A stretch of 40,879 bases of DNA from the NCBI GenBank assembly GCA_019090585.1, contig JAHRVR010000060.1, positions 1 through 40,879 on the forward strand, given 5' to 3'. This document shows, in pieces, positions 27,814 through 37,837 of this stretch. The number at the start of each line of letters is the position of its first letter. Positions within the stretch are counted from its first letter, which is position 1. Position numbers and translations under genes: made by a program. The notes below the pieces were generated by a model. That model searched no databases, was not told the DNA's origin, and saw nothing but the letters and a program-made list of their open reading frames with translations. The DNA comes from Sphingomonadaceae bacterium. Its GTDB lineage: Bacteria; Pseudomonadota; Alphaproteobacteria; Sphingomonadales; Sphingomonadaceae.

Positions 27814-29595
27814 CTACTTAATTTCCAGTCCGGGCATACCCTGCTCGCGCCATTCACGCAGTTTGTCCGAATAGTGCACAAGAGGCCCCAGATAGATCAT
27901 CATCTTCATCTTTTCCGGATCGCGCTGGCCTTCACCATTAAGCCAGCTGGGCGTGCATTCCTTCATCTGGTCATAACCATATTCGAGACCGGTCATGACC
28001 CATTCCCACCACTTCTCTTCGGCTTCTGGCGTCGGTTCGATCTCGGTTGCGCCTTTATCCAGAACCAGCTTGACCAGCGCGGCAACATGGCTCGCATGCT
28101 CATAAAGCGTATGGACGATGCTCGTTGAGAAGGCCGCCTGCGCGCTGTTATAAAGGAACGCGTTCGGGAAACCTCGGGAAAGCAGGCCGTGCAGCGTGTG
28201 CGCGCTCGCACCGTTGTCCCAATCCTCGGTCAGGCTCACACCGCCTTTTCCGTAAAGTTCGAAACCCATGCGGCGCGAATAGAGGTTGCCGGTCTCAAAG
28301 CCCGTTGCGAACACGATGAAATCGACCGGATATTCCGTGCCCTGAACAACAACCCCCTTTTCGGTGATCTCATCCGGGCCTTGTCCATCTGTATCAAGCA
28401 GCTTGACGTTAGGCTCGTTAAAAGCCGGGAGGTAATCATCATGGAAGCAAGGCCGCTTGCACCACACATCATACCACGGTTTCAGCGCCTCGGCTGTTTC
28501 CTTGTCCGCAACAATCTCGTCGATGCGCCCACGGACCCGCTCCATGATTTCGATATCGACGAGCTGGCGTTCCTCGGGCGACATCTTGACCTTGTCCTTG
28601 CCGCCAAAGGCCAGATCACCGCGGTAGACCTCTGTCCAGGCGTCGCCGACCATGTCCTCTTCGAGCGGCAGGCCGGACGTCATGGCCGTGAAGTTGTCCA
28701 TCCGCTTTTCCTGCCAGCCGGGCTTCAGGCTCTTCCACCAGTCCGGGTCGGTCGGCTCGTTGTTTCGCACGCCAACGGCTGACGGCGTGCGCTGGCAGAC
28801 ATAAACCTGCTTCGTAACTTTGGCGAGCGCGGGCACGACTTGCACCGCCGTAGCCCCGGTGCCGATGATAGCGACTCTCTTGTCGGCCAGCTTATCCGGT
28901 AGTTCGGTCGGGCTACCGCCGGTCAACTCGTAATTCCAGCGGGCAGCGTGAAAGCTTGCGCCCTGGAATTTCTCGATGCCGGGAACGCCCGGTAATTTCG
29001 CCTTGTGGAGAATACCGCCGGCCACGACGATGAAGCGGGCCTTGAGACGGTCGCCGCGATCAGTTGTTACGTTCCAGCGCTTCTCTTCTTCATCCCAGTG
29101 GGTCTCATGGGTTTCTGTCTGGAAAAGCGCCATGGAATAGAGATCGAACTTACGCCCGATCTGCTGGCACTGATCGAAGATTTCAGTCGCCTTGGAGTAT
29201 TTGTCCTTCGGCATAAAGCCGGTCTCTTCCAGAAACGGAATATAGACGTAGGATTCCACATCGCACATGCAGCCGGGGTACCGGTTCCAGTACCAGGTCC
29301 CGCCGAAGTCGCCCGCACGATCGATTATGCGAACATTTCGAATGCCCGCCTGAGCGAGCCGCACCGCCGTCATCATACCGCCCAGACCGGCGCCGATGAT
29401 GACAACGTCATTCTCTTCCACAACAGGATCGCGCGAGAAACCCGGTTCGACAAACGAATCCTTGTCAAACTCCGCATAGGCATCGGTCAGTTCGCGATAT
29501 TGCCCGGTCCCTTCGGAGCGCATGCGCTTTTCACGCTCGACGCGGTACTTTTCCTGAATCTCTTCGGGAGACATGGATTGTTTAGCCGTGTTCAT
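27814..29595 (-). CDS. Type I Baeyer-Villiger monooxygenase (long CDMO/CPDMO/PtlE-like subgroup)
   Basis: GAGLGG, GGTWYWNRYPG, DVES, fingerprint FQGASFHAARWN, GTGATA, WCKRPCFHDDYL, ATGF. Start taken at ATG 29595. Confidence 0.93.
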   Translation of the reverse strand: MNTAKQSMSPEEIQEKYRVEREKRMRSEGTGQYRELTDAYAEFDKDSFVEPGFSRDPVVEENDVVIIGAGLGGMMTAVRLAQAGIRNVRIIDRAGDFGGTWYWNRYPGCMCDVESYVYIPFLEETGFMPKDKYSKATEIFDQCQQIGRKFDLYSMALFQTETHETHWDEEEKRWNVTTDRGDRLKARFIVVAGGILHKAKLPGVPGIEKFQGASFHAARWNYELTGGSPTELPDKLADKRVAIIGTGATAVQVVPALAKVTKQVYVCQRTPSAVGVRNNEPTDPDWWKSLKPGWQEKRMDNFTAMTSGLPLEEDMVGDAWTEVYRGDLAFGGKDKVKMSPEERQLVDIEIMERVRGRIDEIVADKETAEALKPWYDVWCKRPCFHDDYLPAFNEPNVKLLDTDGQGPDEITEKGVVVQGTEYPVDFIVFATGFETGNLYSRRMGFELYGKGGVSLTEDWDNGASAHTLHGLLSRGFPNAFLYNSAQAAFSTSIVHTLYEHASHVAALVKLVLDKGATEIEPTPEAEEKWWEWVMTGLEYGYDQMKECTPSWLNGEGQRDPEKMKMMIYLGPLVHYSDKLREWREQGMPGLEIK

Positions 29596-29811
29596 ACACT
29601 GAAGTCCCGTACATGCGTTTGAAAGTAGAGCATTGGCCCGCGCGCACATTGCACCTTATCGTCATTCGGGAACGTCTGCCGTGACCAGGGACCGGATCCC
29701 CTGAGGCCGTCTCGAAAAATCGAGTGGCGACCACTTTATGACATCTGTCCCAAAGCTAATGGAAAATAGCTGGCCAGATCGAGCACAAGTGTCAATGAGA
29801 GCGAGGTCGCC

Positions 29812-29845
29812 GCGCGGAAAATTCGTATTTACGGATTTTCCGCGC
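29812..29845. promoter_or_regulatory. Palindromic operator-like site between the divergent BVMO and SDR genes
   Basis: GCGCGGAAAATTCGTA-tt-TACGGATTTTCCGCGC: 16-bp arms with one mismatch; minus-strand TTGACA at 29790-29795. Confidence 0.6.
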
Positions 29846-29959
29846 AAGCTTACTTTGCAGCATGATGCGACTATGAATTGCAAGGTAATAGCGGCCTGAC
29901 ATCCTGACAACTGAGATCGACCGAACCGGAATAGTCCCCCAACGCAGAGGAAGATATCT

Positions 29960-30706
29960 ATGCAGAGTAACGTCAAGGATCGCGCCGTCATTGTTACCGG
30001 AGCAGCATCCGGGCTTGGCAGAGCCTCCGCCCTCGCCTTCGCGGACGCGGGCGCCCGCGTCTTCGCTGTCGATCTGAATGAGGATGGGCTTGCAGAAACG
30101 CGCGATCTCGCCAAAGGCGAAGTCGCCACTTTCGCTACCGACCTGAGCGATGCCGCGAACTGCCAACCGGTCATCGACAAGGCCATTTCGCAGTTCGGCT
30201 ACCTTGACGGCTTGTGCAATATCGCCGGTATCCTCAAGGTCATGCCACTGGCCAAGATCACACCTGAAACCTGGGACCTGATCTTCGCGGTGAATGTGCG
30301 CGCACCCTTGTTTTTGAGTCAGGCGGCCATTCCGCATCTGACCGGACGGGGCGGCACCATCGTCAACATCGCCTCTGCAACCGCCTTTGCCGGCTATGCC
30401 TATTTGGCGGGCTACACCTGTAGCAAGGCGGCGATTGTGCAGATGACGCGCAGCCTTGCCATGGAGTTCATCAAGACAGATCTGCGCATCAACGCGATCG
30501 CTCCGGGGGGGGTCAACACGCCAATGACCAAAAGCATTGAGTTCGCTGAGGGCATGGAGAGGGAGTTGTTCATGCGCTCCATGGGCGTCCGTCCTACCGC
30601 AGAGGTCGAACAGCTGACCGACATAATCCTCTATCTCTCATCGCCAGACAATACGATCTTTCACGGCACTTGTCTTAACACAGATGACGGGTTCACCGCC
30701 GGATAG
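29960..30706 (+). CDS. Classical SDR oxidoreductase
   Basis: TGAASGLG, NIAG, NIAS, YTCSK, NAIAPG; GAGGA RBS. Confidence 0.95.
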   Translation: MQSNVKDRAVIVTGAASGLGRASALAFADAGARVFAVDLNEDGLAETRDLAKGEVATFATDLSDAANCQPVIDKAISQFGYLDGLCNIAGILKVMPLAKITPETWDLIFAVNVRAPLFLSQAAIPHLTGRGGTIVNIASATAFAGYAYLAGYTCSKAAIVQMTRSLAMEFIKTDLRINAIAPGGVNTPMTKSIEFAEGMERELFMRSMGVRPTAEVEQLTDIILYLSSPDNTIFHGTCLNTDDGFTAG

Positions 30707-30714
30707 GCTTACGC

Positions 30715-30871
30715 TGATGAGCAGGTGCAACCGCGCCTTGCTCATCACACCCGCGCTCCAAGTGAGCATCATGGCCGCGCGTATCGCGCAGCCATGATGC
30801 GTTGGGGGCGGGGTTATATCAAAAACCGGGCCTGGACGGCGCGGTCCCGCCGCTCGGCGACGGGATCGTGC
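30715..30871. other. Three consecutive stem-loops in intergenic DNA
   Basis: Stems at 30715-30747 (TGATGAGCA/TGCTCATCA), 30749-30814 (core GCATCATGGC/GCCATGATGC) and 30839-30871. Confidence 0.55.
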
Positions 30872-30964
30872 ATGAGCGACCGCGCAGCCAAAAACCTGTT
30901 CGCCTCACACTTTTTCAAGGTTAATGGACTAAACGGGCGGTAATTCACGCAAGAGGAGCGGCCA

Positions 30965-32542
30965 TTGGCCCGGCCCACCGCAACTGAAAGACCATGGCTA
31001 CTGATTGGTTTCAGCGTGATCCTGTTCACGCTGGGCTATGCCTTGGCCGATCGTTTTCAACTAACCCATGCCGTCCTCTACCGGGCCGCAGCGAACGACT
31101 ATTCCAGCGCTTCGATCAACCTGATCTGGCTTGCCGGACAAGCACTGTGCCTCATTGCCGCGATTGCCTTGTTGGGACGCTGGTTGTTCGCCATTGTCCT
31201 GGTGCTCGCCAGCGTCTCAATCCTGGTCAATCTGGCATACGGGCAAATCCTCAACGACATTATCGACGCCGGAAAGCTGGCCTGGCTGCTGAGCGAGACG
31301 CAGCAAACCGGAAACGCTCTTGGGGAATTTTCGGGGCCCATCGCTCTTGCATCGGCGCAGACCGCGCTTGCGGCAGGGCTATTCATTTGCGCACGTCGGG
31401 TCATCCGGAAAAGCGGGTGGGTGCCTCGCCACGCCAAAGCCTCGGCCAGCGGCCTGATCGTGCTGCTTGTTCCGAGCCTGATCGCCGCTCCCATGGGCCT
31501 GTTTCCCGTCGCGGCCGAGCGAAACGTCTATGGTGAACTTATCAAGGCCGCCGTTGCACCGCCGCCGCCGCCGCGCGATCCGGTGCAGCTTACCGCAGAC
31601 ACCAGCCATGCGCCGCGCCATCTCGTTTGGCTGATTGACGAAAGTATTGCCCACAAGCCGTTCAAGCAGATCATCGAGCCGCAACTGGCTGGCCTCGCCT
31701 CAATAAATCTCGGTCCGGCTGCCGCGCTGGCGAATTGCAGCGCACCGGCCAATGTCGCGCTTCGATCAGGTGTCGATGTTCGCCGGGTCGGACCGCAGAC
31801 CGACCTGAGGACCACACCATCCATCTGGGGCTATGCAAAAGCGGCAGGCTATCGCACACAATTTATCGACGGGCAGACAACTGGCGCTCCGCAAAACCTG
31901 CTTCTGGAGCCTGAGCGCAAGTTGATCGACCAGTTCGAAAGCGCCGCCGGTGATATGGACACAGATCATGCAATTGCCAGCTTGCTCAACAGGCAGTTGA
32001 AAGCAGGTGGGCGAAGCTTCACTTATGCTGTTCTTCGCGGTGTCCACTTTCAGTACCGGGATCACTATCCACCCGGCACTGTCCCGCAGGACAGCCCCAA
32101 GGAAATGCAATACGCAGCCGCGCTGCGGCATTCAAAGTCCCACTTTTTTGAGCGGATGCTGGCGGGTGTGAACAGAGACGATGTGGCCATCATTTACACC
32201 TCCGACCACGGACAGAACTTCGCCCCCGGCGCGATGCCGCATTGCAGCCGGGAGGACCGCGCAGACGAGTTTCGTATCCCGCTTGTCGCCTTTCTGCCAG
32301 ACCGGCTGAGCCGCAGTTTCGGCGAGACAAACCCCGGAAAAACCAGCGCCAGCCAAATATTTCCGTCCACTCTTGTCTGGATGGGATATGATGAGAAGAC
32401 CGTCTCTGCCAGTTATGACAACCCGTTGTGGCACCCGACGGCGCGGTTCGTCATTTTTGGGCGAAACGTCGTGCCGGTTGGCGCTGATGACGCAATCGAG
32501 GTGACGGTTTCCGATGCGTTCCCCGGAACCCCGGCGCAGTGA
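30965..32542 (+). CDS. Membrane-anchored alkaline-phosphatase-superfamily (sulfatase-like, EptA/LTA-synthase-type) transferase
   Basis: About five N-terminal TM segments, LVWLIDES, ANCS, GVHFQY, YTSDHGQ; TTG start with GAGGAG RBS. Confidence 0.8.
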   Translation: MARPTATERPWLLIGFSVILFTLGYALADRFQLTHAVLYRAAANDYSSASINLIWLAGQALCLIAAIALLGRWLFAIVLVLASVSILVNLAYGQILNDIIDAGKLAWLLSETQQTGNALGEFSGPIALASAQTALAAGLFICARRVIRKSGWVPRHAKASASGLIVLLVPSLIAAPMGLFPVAAERNVYGELIKAAVAPPPPPRDPVQLTADTSHAPRHLVWLIDESIAHKPFKQIIEPQLAGLASINLGPAAALANCSAPANVALRSGVDVRRVGPQTDLRTTPSIWGYAKAAGYRTQFIDGQTTGAPQNLLLEPERKLIDQFESAAGDMDTDHAIASLLNRQLKAGGRSFTYAVLRGVHFQYRDHYPPGTVPQDSPKEMQYAAALRHSKSHFFERMLAGVNRDDVAIIYTSDHGQNFAPGAMPHCSREDRADEFRIPLVAFLPDRLSRSFGETNPGKTSASQIFPSTLVWMGYDEKTVSASYDNPLWHPTARFVIFGRNVVPVGADDAIEVTVSDAFPGTPAQ

Positions 32543-33417
32543 AAGTCGATATTGCCTGCAATCCGGCTTCGGGGCGGCACAATCCCGCGCAGCTCGCGCA
32601 GCTCGTCGAAGCGTTCCGGACCGAAGGGTTTGAAGCGTCTCTTGTGCCGGTTACGCTGGAGGGCATAACCTTCTCGCCGGACAGCGATCTTGTCTGCGTC
32701 TACGGCGGGGACGGCACGCTGAACCTTGTCGCCAGGAGCATGGGCAAGAGCATCAGCGATAGGCCGCTTTGTGTATTCCCGGCCGGAACGATCAACCTCG
32801 TCGCACGCGAACTGGGCTATTGCGCCAGGCCGCAGCGGTTTGCCCGCCAGGTGGCGCGTGCCTTTCGCAGCGGAAGCGGCATCTGGACGAATTCTCCCGT
32901 GTTCAGCCTTGGCGAACAACCGATCCTGTCTTGTCTCAGTTGCGGGCCAGATAGCGCCGCAGTAGCGGCGTGCTCCCCCGCCCTGAAATCCAGACTGGGC
33001 CGATTTGCCTATGCCGCCGCGATGTTCAGCCTGCTGTGGAAGTGGCCACGCCAAGAGCTCACAATCTCCGCCGAGCTAGTGGATGGAGAGCAGATCGAGA
33101 CCACCGCCGAAGCTGTATTTGTGGCGCGCAGCCGCTTTTATGCCGGGTCATTTCGCCTGTCGCGGCGTGCCTGCATCAGCAATCCAGATCTCGAAATTGT
33201 GGTCATGCCGAGGGCCTCGCGAATTCGCACCGGCCTGTTTGCTTTGGCCTTGCTGGCTCGTATCGCGCCATCGGCGCTGGGGCTGGCGCGTGTTTTTAGC
33301 GCACGCTCGGTCCGCATTGACGGGGCTATTCTACCGATACAAATCGACGGGGACATAGTGCCCCTCACCAAAATCGATATCCGGCCAAGCGGCAGTATCG
33401 CGCGATACTGCATCTGA
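32539..33417 (+). CDS. Diacylglycerol/lipid kinase family protein (YegS/DgkB type)
   Basis: NPASG, GGDGT, PAGTIN, LGRFAY, QIDGD; GTGA overlap with the upstream stop. Confidence 0.9.
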   Translation: MKVDIACNPASGRHNPAQLAQLVEAFRTEGFEASLVPVTLEGITFSPDSDLVCVYGGDGTLNLVARSMGKSISDRPLCVFPAGTINLVARELGYCARPQRFARQVARAFRSGSGIWTNSPVFSLGEQPILSCLSCGPDSAAVAACSPALKSRLGRFAYAAAMFSLLWKWPRQELTISAELVDGEQIETTAEAVFVARSRFYAGSFRLSRRACISNPDLEIVVMPRASRIRTGLFALALLARIAPSALGLARVFSARSVRIDGAILPIQIDGDIVPLTKIDIRPSGSIARYCI

Positions 33418-33554
33418 TTGGACGGCCATCGGCGGGCGTGCCACTCCACATGCGTTCCGTTGCATTGGAAGCGCAGTAAGCCGGACGAACAGTTCAAACG
33501 GCAAAGTGCAGGTTCAAGACCTGCGAAATGACAAGCCTCCCCCGCGAAGCCTGC

Positions 33555-34793
<1,239 letters not shown>

Positions 34794-34937
34794 TCGTCTC
34801 GGGCAGAATTCACCATGATTAGGTGAAGTACGATGAAACAAGAACGGTTACCGCATCAGCAAGCATGAAACGGCGGCGCACAAGCCACACGAACGATGCA
34901 TTATCGGCCAGACCCTGCAATCAGAGTAAGGCGTCCT

Positions 34938-35387
34938 CTACCCTGACTTCTTCAGCATGACCGTGCGCAAGCAGGACAGCACGGTCTCACCGCGCTGGTT
35001 GGTCAGTTCATGTTTGAATGTGACAATGCCGGTTTCCGGGCGTGACTTGCTATCGCGCAGTTCCAGCACTTCGCTGGAGCAAGTGAGCGTGTCGCCAATA
35101 AAGGTCGGCTTAGGCGTGACCACTTTGTCAAAACCGAGATTGGCAATCAGCGTTCCAATGGTGGTGTCGGCAACAGAAAGGCCCACAGCGAGCGAGAACG
35201 TGAAAGTGGAATTGACCAGAATCTGCCCAAATTCTGACTGTTTCGCCGTTTCTGCATCAATGTGCAGCGGCTGCGTATTGTGCGTCATGGCCGAGAACAT
35301 CAGGTTGTCGGTCTCCGTCACGGTGCGGCTCGGCTGGTGAGTAATCCTGTCGCCAACCTGCCATTCATCGTAATAACGTCCGGGCAT
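34938..35387 (-). CDS. MaoC-family dehydratase
   Basis: RTVTETDN..FSAMTHN.QPLH, ANLGF, GDTL, NQRGE. Confidence 0.93.
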   Translation of the reverse strand: MPGRYYDEWQVGDRITHQPSRTVTETDNLMFSAMTHNTQPLHIDAETAKQSEFGQILVNSTFTFSLAVGLSVADTTIGTLIANLGFDKVVTPKPTFIGDTLTCSSEVLELRDSKSRPETGIVTFKHELTNQRGETVLSCLRTVMLKKSG

Positions 35388-35527
35388 CGGTCTCCCTCCT
35401 CCTCGATCCGCGCCAGCAAGACCTCAATCTGCGTGTCTGGCGCTGCATTGCGTTCTGCGACTACGCCGTCGAACGGTGCGGTCAAGCCATGTTCCATCTT
35501 CATTGCCTAAAGCAGCAAGGACAGCGG
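35387..35527 (-). pseudogene. Remnant of the biotin-carrier C-terminus of an acyl-CoA carboxylase alpha subunit
   Basis: PLSLLL*AMKMEHGLTAPFDGVV...LLARIEE: the EAMKM biotinylation motif with a TAG in place of E at 35507-35509. The upstream gene body is absent. Confidence 0.85.
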
Positions 35528-35562
35528 CCTAGGCGGACGGCACCAAGTTACCTATAGGCCGC

Positions 35563-37338
35563 GTGGTGCGCTCTGATCTTTGCAACATCCTTCACGACGT
35601 ATTTGGCTTTGAATCCTTTCGCGGGGTTCAGGAACGTGTGATCGACCGGGTGATGGCCGGGGATGGAACGCTTGCCATAATGCCAACCGGCGCGGGCAAA
35701 TCGCTTTGCTACCAGCTGCCATCCTTGGCCACGGATGGGTGCTGCGTCGTAATTTCACCGCTCATCGCCCTGATGCATGACCAACTGCGATCGGCCCGGG
35801 CGCTCGGCATCAGGGCCGCGAGCCTTACCTCTGCGGACGCAGACTGGCGCGAAACGCAGGACCGCCTGACCTCGGGCGATCTCGACTTGCTTTATGTCGC
35901 ACCAGAACGAGCCAGTAGCGAGGGCTTTCGCCGTCTGCTGAATGACACGAACATTTGCCTGTTCGCCATTGATGAAGCGCATTGTGTGTCCGAGTGGGGC
36001 CATGATTTTCGCCCCGATTATCGACTGCTTCGGCCCTTGCTGGACGCATTTGCGAATGTTCCGCGCCTGGCGCTGACGGCAACGGCGGATCGCCATACGC
36101 GCAGCGACATTCTGGTGCAGCTCGGCTTGCCCGAGAGTGGGCTGATCGTAGCCGGCTTTGACCGGCCCAATATCCGCTACGGCGCCGAAGCGCGCGATGG
36201 GCTGACGCGGCAACTTACCGACATACTCAAGAACAATTCCGGCCCCGGCATCATCTATGCCCAGACGCGCGCCATGACGGAACGTCTGGCCGCTTCGCTT
36301 GGCGGCAAAGGGCGCGCGGTTCTGCCATATCATGCAGGACTGGATCCTGCGGTGCGCGCTGCCAACCAGGCGGCCTTTATGGCCAGTGAAACTATGGTGA
36401 TGGTCGCCACAGTTGCCTTCGGCATGGGCATCGACAAGCCCGATGTCCGTTTTGTTGTCCACGCGGGGCTGCCCAAATCAATCGAGAGTTACTACCAGGA
36501 AAGCGGGCGTGCGGGCCGCGACGGCGATCCCGCTGCGGCCATTCTCCTTTGGGGGCCGGAAGACTTCGTGCGGGCTCGCCAACGCATTGGTGAAGCAAAC
36601 GCCGATCGCCAGTCCAGTGATCGGGCGCGCATTTCCACCTTGGGGGCACTGGTTGAAACCGCCGGGTGCCGCCGGGCGATGCTGCTGCGCTATTTTGGCG
36701 AGACCCCTCCCGACATGTGCGGCAATTGCGATAACTGCCTCTCCCCTCCTGCCAGCGTGGATGGAACCCAGACCGCCCAAAAAGTGCTCTCCGCTGTCTA
36801 TCGGACAGGTCAGAGCTTCGGCCTTGCCCACATAGAGGCGGTGCTGACTGGCAAGACCAATGATCGCATCTCCCAGCGCGGACATGATGCGCTGTCGGTT
36901 TTTGGAATTGTCGAGAGCGAGGAAGCCGCTCTCGTCAAACCGGTCGCCCGCGCGCTGATGGTCCGCGACGCGCTGGACACGAATGAACATGGTGGGCTGA
37001 TCTTCGGTGCGTCGGCGCGCTCGTTTCTCAAGGGGGAGGAACGCGTTGAGCTGGTTCTCCCTCCCGTTAAATCTCGCCGCCGCAAGCGCAGCAAGGCCGA
37101 GGATATCCCGGTCAACGATCCGCTGTTCGATGCGCTGCGCGAACTGCGCCGCGATCTGGCGAAAGAGACCGGGGTTCCGCCTTATGTCATTTTCCACAAC
37201 GCAACCTTGCAGGCCATGGCAACTCAGCGACCGCGTAGCGATGCTGATCTGGCTCAGATCACCGGCATCGGTACGCACAAACGCAAAGTCTATGGGCAAG
37301 CGTTTCTGAATTTGATTGCACGGTTCACCGCCGTTTGA
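35563..37338 (+). CDS. recQ: ATP-dependent DNA helicase RecQ
   Basis: MPTGAGKSLCYQ, DEAHCVSEWGHDFRPDY, TATA, QESGRAGRDG, Zn site CRR..CGNCDNC, RQC and HRDC (VPPYVIFH). Confidence 0.97.
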   Translation: MVRSDLCNILHDVFGFESFRGVQERVIDRVMAGDGTLAIMPTGAGKSLCYQLPSLATDGCCVVISPLIALMHDQLRSARALGIRAASLTSADADWRETQDRLTSGDLDLLYVAPERASSEGFRRLLNDTNICLFAIDEAHCVSEWGHDFRPDYRLLRPLLDAFANVPRLALTATADRHTRSDILVQLGLPESGLIVAGFDRPNIRYGAEARDGLTRQLTDILKNNSGPGIIYAQTRAMTERLAASLGGKGRAVLPYHAGLDPAVRAANQAAFMASETMVMVATVAFGMGIDKPDVRFVVHAGLPKSIESYYQESGRAGRDGDPAAAILLWGPEDFVRARQRIGEANADRQSSDRARISTLGALVETAGCRRAMLLRYFGETPPDMCGNCDNCLSPPASVDGTQTAQKVLSAVYRTGQSFGLAHIEAVLTGKTNDRISQRGHDALSVFGIVESEEAALVKPVARALMVRDALDTNEHGGLIFGASARSFLKGEERVELVLPPVKSRRRKRSKAEDIPVNDPLFDALRELRRDLAKETGVPPYVIFHNATLQAMATQRPRSDADLAQITGIGTHKRKVYGQAFLNLIARFTAV

Positions 37339-37837
37339 AGGGGTGGAGAAAACAATCGAACCGATGCGATTGTTCAAACCGGCGACTTTTGAGCGCAGAA
37401 ATCCATCCAGATTGCAGCCAACCGTCGCACGCCGGCCCCAATCAGCTTCCCCAGAGCTGACCTCGCGGGTGAGCCGTGCAAGTAAACCAAACCAATATTT
37501 CTACCAGATCAATCACCTGTGCTGAGATAAGTCTGGCATTGTCAAAGATTGTGCCCGAACGTCTCAACAATCACAAAAATGACACCTGACACCATGCAGC
37601 AATACCCATCGATTAATTTCATTGTCAGCAAGACAAGAAAATATATGAATGAATCACGCCAAACAAAATGTTCTGTTATTACAGATCGGTAGTGGCGATT
37701 TTGTAATTCAGATGAGATTCTTTACCTCCGAACGTAAATTGATATATGCTGCTGTTGATAAAGGATTCTTGCGATCTGAGTCGGAACCTGCAAGTCTATA
37801 AGGCAAGGGACGATCGGCGAGATGGGGGGAGAGCTTA

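Noticed and set aside
29592-29744. Possible decayed gene upstream of the BVMO (ATG TCA TAA ... GTA TGA overlapping the BVMO ATG)
   Set aside because: Stop at codon 3 and no recognisable motif; compatible with chance.
30915-30945. CtrA box upstream of the transferase gene (TTAATGGACTAAAC)
   Set aside because: Spacing and second half-site do not match TTAA-N7-TTAA.
2422-30964. Mobile genomic island
   Set aside because: No integrase, transposase, tRNA or flanking direct repeats were seen, and no obvious compositional break by eye.
37339-37837. FNR/FixK box or sigma54 promoter upstream of the cox operon; ORF 37708-37998
   Set aside because: No TTGAT-N4-ATCAA or TGGCAC-N5-TTGC match, only half sites. 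The ORF is antisense to coxM and has no motif.
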